Below, piece by piece: positions 24,623 to 32,306 of a stretch of DNA of 32,306 bases. Source of the DNA: Chloroflexota bacterium (lineage in GTDB: Bacteria; Chloroflexota; Dehalococcoidia; DSTF01; JACRBR01); NCBI GenBank assembly GCA_016213125.1, contig JACRBR010000195.1, forward strand, positions 1 through 32,306. The letters run 5' to 3'. The number at the start of each line of letters is the position of its first letter. Positions within the stretch are counted from its first letter, which is position 1. Below the pieces are notes generated by a model. That model made no database searches and was not told the DNA's origin. It worked only from the letters and a program-made list of their open reading frames with translations. Made by a program: the position numbers and the translations under genes.

Positions 24623-26050
24623 ATGAGGGCGCACTTCCGCGTGTGGGCCGTGTACTCCGCCGTAGCGGGCGCCTGCCAGGTGGCCGCTCTCCTCGCTCCC
24701 GCACCCACCGCGCCGGGCGACACAACGCTGATCGGCGAAATGATGTTGGTCTCGGCGATCGCTGGCGTGGCCTTGGCCGTGGTTGCCGGTTACATCGCGT
24801 GGGATGCGCGCGAATGGTCGCCCGCCATGCTGGCGTTGGGATGCGGATCCGTCGGCGCGGGCCTCGTTGTCCGATTCGTCTGCGCGGACGAAGGATTGGG
24901 CCTGGAGTCATCCCGTGGCGCGGCCTTTGCCCCGCTGCTGGGACTCCTGGCCGGAAGCGTGTGGTTCTTCCTCGCCGTGCAGACGTGGTGGCCTGCGACG
25001 GGTGTGCGCGATCTACGCCAGACGCTCGCGGTGCGCACGCTGTTGGTGACGGCCGCCTCGGGCATGGGTCTGGCGGGCTACCTCCTCGCCGCGTTCCCCC
25101 ACGCCTTGCCCGGCGATCAATTGACCCGCGTGTTCGCCGGCATCGCCGCGGCCAGCTACGTGTACGCCGGCGCGCGCCTGGCCGGTGTTTGGCGGCTCGT
25201 TCGCCTGCCTTCCCTCTCTGGACTAACGCTGAGCTGCGGCGTGTTCACGGTGCTTGTGATCGTCCTCGCCGCCGGTGGGATCCCGGGCGTGGCTCCGTAT
25301 CAGATCGATGCCGTGCTGCTCGTTGGCGCCTGCCTGCCTGTTGCGTCGCTGGCCGTCGAGCAGCGGGTTCGGCCGGGGCTACGATCCGTTGCCTTCGGCC
25401 CCCTGCTCTGCGCTGCAGTCGCCACACCGCTTCCACAGCGGGCGCGCACGATCACGGCCTTGGTGGACCGCATCAGCGGTCACGGCGGTCCCATGCGCGG
25501 CCATGCCGCCCGCGTCACGGAGCTCTCCGCGCTCATCGCCGCGCAGCTGCGCTTGGAGCCGGAGCAGATAGCCGAGACGGCGGCGGCAGCGCGGCTACAT
25601 GATCTGGGCAAGCTGGTGGTACCTCGCACGTTGCTCCATCGCGGTGGCCGGCTCTCGGCCCGTGAAGAGGCCGCCGTTCGCACGCACGCGCTTGCGGGCG
25701 CGCAGATCGCAGCGCGTGTGCCCGCCCTCGCGCCGGCAGCGCGCGCCATCGCGGACCACCACGAGCGCTGGGACGGCAGCGGCTTCCCGTCGGGCAAGCG
25801 CGAGACCGAGATCGCCCTCGCCGCCCGCATCGTCGCCGTTGCTGACGCGTACGACATCCTCCGCAGCGCGCGCGCCTACAAGCCGGAATGGGGCGCCGCC
25901 GAGGCCGTATCCGAGATCGAGCGCGGCTCCGGATCCTTGTTCGAGCCACGCGTCGTGCAGGCGCTCGTGCGGCTCGTCGCCAGCGGCGCGATCCGGCCCC
26001 CCAGCGCGGCCCCGCTCGCTGGCGCCATCCGCCGTCGTCCTGCCGCGTAA
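24623..26050 (+). CDS. Membrane-bound HD-GYP domain protein (cyclic dinucleotide phosphodiesterase family)
   Basis: About 7-8 TM segments, then GHAARV, LHDLGK, HHERWDGSGFP, ARIVAVADAYD, RAYK. Confidence 0.88.
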   Translation: MRAHFRVWAVYSAVAGACQVAALLAPAPTAPGDTTLIGEMMLVSAIAGVALAVVAGYIAWDAREWSPAMLALGCGSVGAGLVVRFVCADEGLGLESSRGAAFAPLLGLLAGSVWFFLAVQTWWPATGVRDLRQTLAVRTLLVTAASGMGLAGYLLAAFPHALPGDQLTRVFAGIAAASYVYAGARLAGVWRLVRLPSLSGLTLSCGVFTVLVIVLAAGGIPGVAPYQIDAVLLVGACLPVASLAVEQRVRPGLRSVAFGPLLCAAVATPLPQRARTITALVDRISGHGGPMRGHAARVTELSALIAAQLRLEPEQIAETAAAARLHDLGKLVVPRTLLHRGGRLSAREEAAVRTHALAGAQIAARVPALAPAARAIADHHERWDGSGFPSGKRETEIALAARIVAVADAYDILRSARAYKPEWGAAEAVSEIERGSGSLFEPRVVQALVRLVASGAIRPPSAAPLAGAIRRRPAA

Positions 26051-26077
26051 CAACCCGCAAGAAGCATCCTGCGCCGG

Positions 26078-26107
26078 TTGACGAACAAACGTTTGTTTGA
26101 GTATGAT
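26078..26107 (+). promoter_or_regulatory. Leaderless sigma70-type promoter with a perfect 14-bp operator in the spacer
   Basis: TTGACG (26078), AACAAACGTTTGTT (26084-26097), TATGAT (26102), 7 nt, ATG (26115). Confidence 0.8.
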
Positions 26108-26114
26108 CGCCGCC

Positions 26115-26759
26115 ATGGTCGCCACCCTAACTGGAACGCCACCGCTAGAATCCACCACCCGCGACGCGATCCTGGATGCCTCCGAGCGTCGGTTCGCCGA
26201 AGCAGGTTTCGATGGCGCGTCGACCAGGGAAATCGCCGCTGACGTCGGCCTGAAAAACCAGGCCAGCCTCTATCACTACTTCGAGAACAAGCAGGCAATC
26301 TACGAAGCCGTGCTCAAGCGCGGTGTGGAGTCTCTGCTCGCCGTCATCGCGGACAACGGCCGCGCTGGCGCTCTGCGCGAGTCCGAGGGCGCAGCCCGTG
26401 GCGAACATCTCGCCGCGTACCTGGATCGCACCTTCGACTACCTTGTCGCGCATCCCCACCTTGCCCGCCTGATCCAGCGCGCGTCCCTCGACGAGGGCGG
26501 TATCGCGCGCGAGATCGTCGCGCGCCTGGTGCAACCGCTCTTCGACGGTGGTGTGCGGCTGCTGCACGACGCGCAGGGTCCCTGGCCCGCCGCCGAACTA
26601 CCGCATGTGGCCGCGGGCCTCTATCACCTGATTTTCGGCTACTTCAGCGACATGGCGCTGTTGACCGCCGTCATGGACGACGACCCGGCGAGCGAGGCTT
26701 CCATCGCCCGCCAGCGCTCGTTCGTGCGCGCGGCCGTCGCCCGGCTGCTCACGAAATGA
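26115..26759 (+). CDS. TetR/AcrR-family transcriptional regulator
   Basis: TRDAILDASERRFAEAGFDGASTREIAADVGLKNQASLYHYFENKQ HTH. Confidence 0.92.
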   Translation: MVATLTGTPPLESTTRDAILDASERRFAEAGFDGASTREIAADVGLKNQASLYHYFENKQAIYEAVLKRGVESLLAVIADNGRAGALRESEGAARGEHLAAYLDRTFDYLVAHPHLARLIQRASLDEGGIAREIVARLVQPLFDGGVRLLHDAQGPWPAAELPHVAAGLYHLIFGYFSDMALLTAVMDDDPASEASIARQRSFVRAAVARLLTK

Positions 26760-26816
26760 ACGGCCAACACAATGCTCGAGGAACAACACCGCAGCTAACC
26801 GAATCGAGGAGCGACG

Positions 26817-28034
26817 ATGACCACGATCACCCTGGCCGACCTGTACAGCGCCGACACCTACGCGCGCGCGATGCCCCACGACACCTTCGATCTCTTGCGC
26901 CGTGACGAACCCGTGCACTGGCAGCCGGAGCCCCAGGGCCCGGGATACTGGGCGCTCACCCGCTACGAGGACATCGTGCAGGTGTCGTCGGACAACGAGC
27001 TGTTCTCGTCCGCACGCGGCGGCACCAACCTGGAGGACCTCGGCGACGATGCGCTCGCCATGATCCGCACGCTCCTCATCAATATGGATCCCCCGAAGCA
27101 CACGCAGTACCGCAAGCTGGTGGCGACCGGCTTCACGCCGAAGATGGTGCGCCAGCTCGAACCGCACGTGCGGCAAATTACGAAACAGATCGTCGACAGT
27201 GTCGCGTTGAAGGGCTCCTGCGACTTCGTGACCGACGTCGCCGCGCAGCTGCCGCTCGCTGTGATCTGCGAGATGATCGGTGTGCCAAAGGACGATCACC
27301 ACAAGATCTTCGACTGGAGCAATCGCCTGATCGGATTCGACGACCCGGAGTATCACACCTCGCCCGAGGACGGCCGCATCGCCGCGACCGAGATGTTCAT
27401 GTACGCGAACGCCATGGCGCAGGACCGCAAGGCGAGCCCGCGTGGCGACCTGGTGAGCGTCCTCATGCAGGCCGAGGTCGATGGCGACCGTCTGAGCGAA
27501 GCCGACTTTGACGGCTTCTTCATCGTCCTTGCGGTGGCGGGAAACGAGACCACCCGCAACCTCATCTCCGGCGCCATGCTCGCGCTGATCGAGAACCCGG
27601 AGCAGCGCCAGCGCCTCATCGCCGACCCGAAGCTGATGCCGACCGCGGTCGAGGAGTTCCTGCGCTACGTCTCACCGCTCATCTACTTCCGCCGCACGCT
27701 ACAGCGCGATGTCACGGTCGGGGGCCGCCTCCTCCACGAAGGTGACAAGGTGGCCATGTACTACCCCAGCGGCAACCGCGACGAAGCGGCGTTCGAGCAG
27801 CCGCACGCGTTCGATGTCGGGCGCTCCCCCAACGCCCACATGGCCTTCGGGGGCGGCGGGCCGCATTTCTGTTTGGGCGCCAGCCTCGCCCGTCTCGAGA
27901 TCCAGTGCATGTTTGAGGAGCTGCTGACGCGCCTGCCGGACATCGAGCTGGCGGGACCCGTCGACCGCCTGCGCTCGAACTTCATCAACGGCATCAAGCA
28001 CATGCCCGTCAAGTTCACGCCCGCACGCGCCTGA
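26817..28034 (+). CDS. Cytochrome P450, CYP125/CYP124/CYP142-like
   Basis: LINMDPPKHT.YRKLV..GFTP, VAGNETTRN (I helix), EEFLR (ExxR), FGGGGPHFCLG heme loop, RLRSNFINGIK; GAGGAG RBS. Confidence 0.93.
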   Translation: MTTITLADLYSADTYARAMPHDTFDLLRRDEPVHWQPEPQGPGYWALTRYEDIVQVSSDNELFSSARGGTNLEDLGDDALAMIRTLLINMDPPKHTQYRKLVATGFTPKMVRQLEPHVRQITKQIVDSVALKGSCDFVTDVAAQLPLAVICEMIGVPKDDHHKIFDWSNRLIGFDDPEYHTSPEDGRIAATEMFMYANAMAQDRKASPRGDLVSVLMQAEVDGDRLSEADFDGFFIVLAVAGNETTRNLISGAMLALIENPEQRQRLIADPKLMPTAVEEFLRYVSPLIYFRRTLQRDVTVGGRLLHEGDKVAMYYPSGNRDEAAFEQPHAFDVGRSPNAHMAFGGGGPHFCLGASLARLEIQCMFEELLTRLPDIELAGPVDRLRSNFINGIKHMPVKFTPARA

Positions 28035-28221
28035 GCAAGAGCGCACCCTTAATCTGCGATAATCGGCCATTAACACGGCAGACCTACTCTCTTGTTGGAA
28101 CCAACCGGCGGGCGGGGAATCGCACGTCGAATGGTTGAGAAGCCGGAGGAAGCGGGGCCTCCGGCTTCTCTCGCGTCGATGCACCGGCCATGTCTGGTCC
28201 GCCGCATACAGCTTCGGCCTA

Positions 28222-28251
28222 TTGACACCCTTTCGGCGCGCTGGCTAGACT
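28222..28251 (+). promoter_or_regulatory. Sigma70-type promoter upstream of dedA
   Basis: TTGACA, 18 nt, TAGACT. Confidence 0.6.
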
Positions 28252-28326
28252 CGCCATGGCCGCCGGGGACCGCCGATCGTGGTCCGACACTACGGGAGGC
28301 GGCGTGTGCGGTAGGGCGGTGGTCTC

Positions 28327-29007
28327 CTGTTACACGGCATCGAAAACGCCCTCCTCGACTTCATCACGGGCGTCTACAACACGATAGGCTGGCCCGGCGT
28401 CATCTTCATGATGGCCGTCGAATCCGCCTGCATCCCCCTTCCCAGCGAGCTCATCATGCCCATCGCGGGCTGGAAGCTCATCGAGGAGAAGGATCGCGGG
28501 CTGGAGTGGGTGCTCCTCGCCGGCTTCTTTGGGGCCATAGGCAACACCGTAGGCTCGCTCGTCGCCTACTACGTCGGCGCGTACGGCGGCCGCCCCTTCG
28601 CTGAGAAGTACGGAAAGTACTTCCTCGTCTCTCACCACGATCTCGATCTCGCCGATCGATTCTTCAAGAGATGGGGCAACTGGGCCGTGTTCGGATCGCG
28701 CGTGCTTCCTGTTGTGCGTACATTCATCAGCCTGCCCGCCGGGATCTCGCGCATGCCGGTGTGGCAGTTCACGGCCTACACGTTCGTGGGCGCGTTCATC
28801 TGGTCTGTACCCCTTGCCTATGGCGGATATAAACTTGGCGAGAACTACGAAGACCTCCGCAATTGGATGCGCCCGGCGGACTATCCCATCGCGGCCATCA
28901 TCGTGATTGCGGTGGCCTGGTACGTGTACAGGCACATCAAGCGGGCCTGGTGGACCGGTGGCGAGCACGCCGCCGCTCCCGAGCCCGAGGCAGAGCGCTC
29001 GGTCTAA
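28327..29007 (+). CDS. DedA-family membrane protein (start non-canonical or uncertain)
   Basis: GWPGVIFMMAVESACIPLPSE, YYVGAYGGRP, F.RWG...VF.SRVLPVVRTFISLPAG. DedA-like sequence extends 27 codons upstream of the first ATG (28408), to a CTG at 28327. Confidence 0.88.
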   Translation: MLHGIENALLDFITGVYNTIGWPGVIFMMAVESACIPLPSELIMPIAGWKLIEEKDRGLEWVLLAGFFGAIGNTVGSLVAYYVGAYGGRPFAEKYGKYFLVSHHDLDLADRFFKRWGNWAVFGSRVLPVVRTFISLPAGISRMPVWQFTAYTFVGAFIWSVPLAYGGYKLGENYEDLRNWMRPADYPIAAIIVIAVAWYVYRHIKRAWWTGGEHAAAPEPEAERSV

Positions 29008-29091
29008 GGCGGGGTACCGGCGCGACGAAGATAGGCTGGACTCAGGAGAAGCCCGCAAGGGCAGGGACTGAGGGCAGGGAGTGCACGGCCT

Positions 29092-30288
29092 ATGATGATC
29101 GTCCGCGTGTTTGCCGCGGCCGCCAAACCGGCGCTCGTCACTGGCGCCATCGCCGCCGCTACGGCCGGTGGCTGGTTCGCCTTCAACAACATCACCGGCG
29201 ATGCCCCGACCGCGTTCGAGCGCCTCCAGTCCGCGGGCACGCGCCTCCTCGTGAGCGAGTTCGGCACCAACTCCGACACCATCGTTGCCATCGACCCGGC
29301 CGACCCGGGGGGCGCTCGCGACGTCATCGCCACCATCGACCACGCACCGGAGTACGGCATCACCGCGGCCCTGTCGCCCGATGGCGAGGCGATCGCCTAC
29401 ACCGCCCTGCCCCTCGATACACCGAAGCCTGCCCCGGACGCCCCTGCCATCGCCGGCATAGTCGCGGCCGGCGGCGATGTGGCCGTGCTCGCCACCGATG
29501 TCGATCTCGTCGTCCCGCCCGTCTGGTCGCCCGATAGCGACGCCATCATTGTCCGAAAGAACACCCGGTGCGAAGACGCCGGCCTGTCGTGCGACGAATT
29601 CCCCGCTGGCGCCTTCGAGCTGATCCGGCTCGGCCGCGATGGCTCGCGCACGACGATCACCTCGTGGCGCAGCGCCGCCGCGTTCCCCATCGCCTTCTCC
29701 CCGGATGGCGCCGCGTTCTACTTCGCGACGCTGGACGCCACCGGTACGGATCTCTACCGCGTCGCCCCGGACGGCAGCGACGAGTCGATGATCGCGCACC
29801 TCAGCGACCAGGTGGCGCGCGACTGGCGCATCTCCCCCGACGGATCTGCGCTCGCGTATTCCGCCGCTGAAAGCGGACCGGCGCCCATGATCGTCGCCCG
29901 CGTCGTCGATCTGGCCACCGGCGCGATCAGCGATGCCATTTCGACGAGCGCGCTCGAGGCGGGGCCCCCCAGCACCGGCGTCTCGCGCGGCGAGTTCAAC
30001 CCCGCCTGGACGCCCGATGGCGACCTGACTGTGGCCGCCCTGAATCTCGACGGCGGCGCCGGCGCTGTGACAATGTCCGACCTCGGCGCCACCGAGGAAA
30101 CCCAAAACACCGACAGCATCGATCTGCCCCTTGGCTGGTCGCCCGACGGACGAACGCTGGCCGTGCGCGCGGTCGAAGGCGAGACGCCCTTCGAGGCGGG
30201 CGCCAGCCACGTCGAGCTTGTGCGCGACGGCGAGCGGGAACGCATCTCGGACAGCAGCGACATCTCGATCGTGGGGTGGACGGAGTGA
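29092..30288 (+). CDS. TolB-like (PD40 repeat) beta-propeller protein, membrane-anchored or secreted
   Basis: N-terminal hydrophobic segment; LSPDGEAI, WSPDSDAI, FSPDGAAF, ISPDGSAL, WTPDG, WSPDGRTL repeats. The start may be GTG 29107. Confidence 0.8.
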   Translation: MMIVRVFAAAAKPALVTGAIAAATAGGWFAFNNITGDAPTAFERLQSAGTRLLVSEFGTNSDTIVAIDPADPGGARDVIATIDHAPEYGITAALSPDGEAIAYTALPLDTPKPAPDAPAIAGIVAAGGDVAVLATDVDLVVPPVWSPDSDAIIVRKNTRCEDAGLSCDEFPAGAFELIRLGRDGSRTTITSWRSAAAFPIAFSPDGAAFYFATLDATGTDLYRVAPDGSDESMIAHLSDQVARDWRISPDGSALAYSAAESGPAPMIVARVVDLATGAISDAISTSALEAGPPSTGVSRGEFNPAWTPDGDLTVAALNLDGGAGAVTMSDLGATEETQNTDSIDLPLGWSPDGRTLAVRAVEGETPFEAGASHVELVRDGERERISDSSDISIVGWTE

Positions 30289-31667
30289 TGGGTCGCTGGT
30301 TGCGCCGGACCAGGCGTTGGTCAGCGGTTTCCGTGACCGCGCTGGCAGTCACTCTGGTGCTGCTCGCGGCGCCGGAAGGACACAGGCACGCGCGCGTGGC
30401 GGAGGCCTGCGCCTTCGTCGAACCCCCGACGACCTACGAGACCACGGAGGATCGCCGCCTCTACATGGCCGCGATGGACCTGGCCGCCTACGACATGCTC
30501 TTCCCCCGCGACCGGTTCTTCTCGCAGGCCTACGTCGAGAGCGGCACACGGTCCAATCGCACCAACGGCCCCGACACCTACATCCCACCGACGCTGCTGA
30601 AGTCGATCAGCTGGCTGGAGAGCTCATCGTCCCAGGGATCGCCCGCGCTGCCGTTCGGTGCCATCGGGCCCGGACTCGTGTCCTTCGACTGCGGCTACGG
30701 CATCGCGCAGGTGACCAGCGGCATGACCGCGCCCCTCGGCGAGAGCGGCCAGCCCACCGACGAGCAGGCGCTCGTCGCCACGCACTTCGCATACAACATC
30801 GGGCGCGGCGCGGCGATCCTCATCGACAAGTGGAACGCCGCCCCGGAGGGACGCCCCATCTCCGGGATCGATACGAACAGCGACCCGCACATCGTGGAAA
30901 ACTGGTACTTCGCTGCCTGGGGCTACAACGGCTTCACCGGTCCCGGCGCCAACCGCAGCAACCACCCGCTTGATCCCATCTACGGCTCCTGGCCGCGCAC
31001 GCCCTATAGCTGCGGCGCCGCGAACGACGGCCTCGGCCACAACCGGTCGCAGTACCCGTACCAGGAGCTGGTCTTCGGTTGCATGGCCCACCCTCCGGCG
31101 GTGCAGGGCCAGCCGTTGTGGAAGGCGCTCGACGTCACCCTCCCCGACTTGAACAACGCCTACTGGCGCACGCCCCTCGATCTCGAGAACTTCGACGCTC
31201 CGTACGCCGCCATGGACATCCCCACCCCCAAGCCCGATCACACCGACCCAACATTGAAGCCCCCGGACTGGGTGCGCGGCCTCGTGCTCGGCGCACCGCG
31301 ACTCTCGGTCGACCGCCCGATCCTGCTGGTGAACGTGCGCCCCGGCAAGTCGGCGACGCCCGCCGAAGTGCGCATCGCCAACACCGGGTCCGGCATCGTG
31401 CCCTGGCGCGTCAGCGCGAACAAGAGCTGGATCACCGTCTCCCGGCAGGCCGGCGTTGCCGTCGGTAACGACATGGTCTGCCTGAACGACTCCCCGTGCG
31501 AGCGCACCGCCGTCCTCAAGATCTCCGTCGACCCCACCAAGGTGCTCGGCTCCGACGCCGCCGTCGTGAAGATCCAGGGCCTCGGCCAGGGCGCCGGCGC
31601 CGCCGAGATCGCCGTCTTCATCAAGATCAACGTCGCCATCGGCGTCCCCGGCACCACAAAGAACTGA
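30288..31667 (+). CDS. Secreted lysozyme-like/lytic transglycosylase-type protein with a C-terminal BACON-like domain
   Basis: IPPTLLKSISWLESS (motif I ES), GYGIAQV (motif II), YNI.RGA.IL, AWGYNG (AYN motif); IANTGSG.VPWRVSANKSWITVS; TGATG overlap with the upstream gene. Confidence 0.7.
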   Translation: MGRWLRRTRRWSAVSVTALAVTLVLLAAPEGHRHARVAEACAFVEPPTTYETTEDRRLYMAAMDLAAYDMLFPRDRFFSQAYVESGTRSNRTNGPDTYIPPTLLKSISWLESSSSQGSPALPFGAIGPGLVSFDCGYGIAQVTSGMTAPLGESGQPTDEQALVATHFAYNIGRGAAILIDKWNAAPEGRPISGIDTNSDPHIVENWYFAAWGYNGFTGPGANRSNHPLDPIYGSWPRTPYSCGAANDGLGHNRSQYPYQELVFGCMAHPPAVQGQPLWKALDVTLPDLNNAYWRTPLDLENFDAPYAAMDIPTPKPDHTDPTLKPPDWVRGLVLGAPRLSVDRPILLVNVRPGKSATPAEVRIANTGSGIVPWRVSANKSWITVSRQAGVAVGNDMVCLNDSPCERTAVLKISVDPTKVLGSDAAVVKIQGLGQGAGAAEIAVFIKINVAIGVPGTTKN

Positions 31668-31670
31668 CTT

Positions 31671-31715
31671 GCTTGGCCTGCGTCGCCGCGACCGAAGGGT
31701 CGCTCGCGGCCAAGC
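31671..31715 (+). terminator. Extended hairpin after the dedA operon
   Basis: GCTTGGCC...GCGACC-GAAG-GGTCGC...GGCCAAGC; no U-tract. Confidence 0.4.
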
Positions 31716-31785
31716 CACCGGTATTCCGGGCCCTTCCTTGGGCTGGCGGGCGCCCACCCCACCTGCCAATTTCAACGATTGGGGC

Positions 31786-31815
31786 TTGATCCAGAGCCCA
31801 ATGCTGGTCTAGAAT
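31786..31815 (+). promoter_or_regulatory. groEL promoter
   Basis: TTGATC, 18 nt, TAGAAT, directly before the CIRCE. Confidence 0.7.
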
Positions 31816-31818
31816 CGA

Positions 31819-31845
31819 TTAGCACTCCCGCCCGGAGAGTGCCAG
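31819..31845 (+). promoter_or_regulatory. CIRCE element (HrcA operator)
   Basis: TTAGCACTC-CCGCCCGGA-GAGTGCCAG versus consensus TTAGCACTC-N9-GAGTGCTAA. Confidence 0.92.
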
Positions 31846-31902
31846 ATTCACGCGAACCCCAAAGTAAAACAGAGTCAAAACCCATAGCGGAGGACGAGCT
31901 AA

Positions 31903-32306
<404 letters not shown>

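Noticed and set aside
29058-29083. AGGGCAGGGA(C/G)TG duplicated
   Set aside because: Only two 13-nt units; too short to interpret.

Overview
High-GC bacterial chromosomal region, most consistent with a Chloroflexota (Dehalococcoidia-like) genome; the taxonomy is inferred from protein style only. Housekeeping genes are partial murJ, argS, rpsO-pnp, degV, gyrB, rpsU and partial groEL with a CIRCE site. Accessory genes include three TolB-like beta-propellers, two TetR modules (one with a CYP125-like P450), a Tat-type dimethylformamidase-like protein, two alpha/beta hydrolases, a hicAB pair, an HD-GYP protein, DedA and a lytic-transglycosylase-like protein. Main oddities: (1) intergenic spacers built from 7-nt tandem arrays plus several REP/MITE-like palindrome families, with two similarly organised cassettes bracketing a frameshifted TolB-like gene; (2) GyrB whose TOPRIM motif EGDSA reads VGFSA; (3) recurrent leaderless promoters, one of them bidirectional; (4) structured rpsO and pnp leaders; (5) a groEL without upstream groES. 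No CRISPR array, tRNA, rRNA, transposase or prophage was seen. All calls were made by eye, without database searches.
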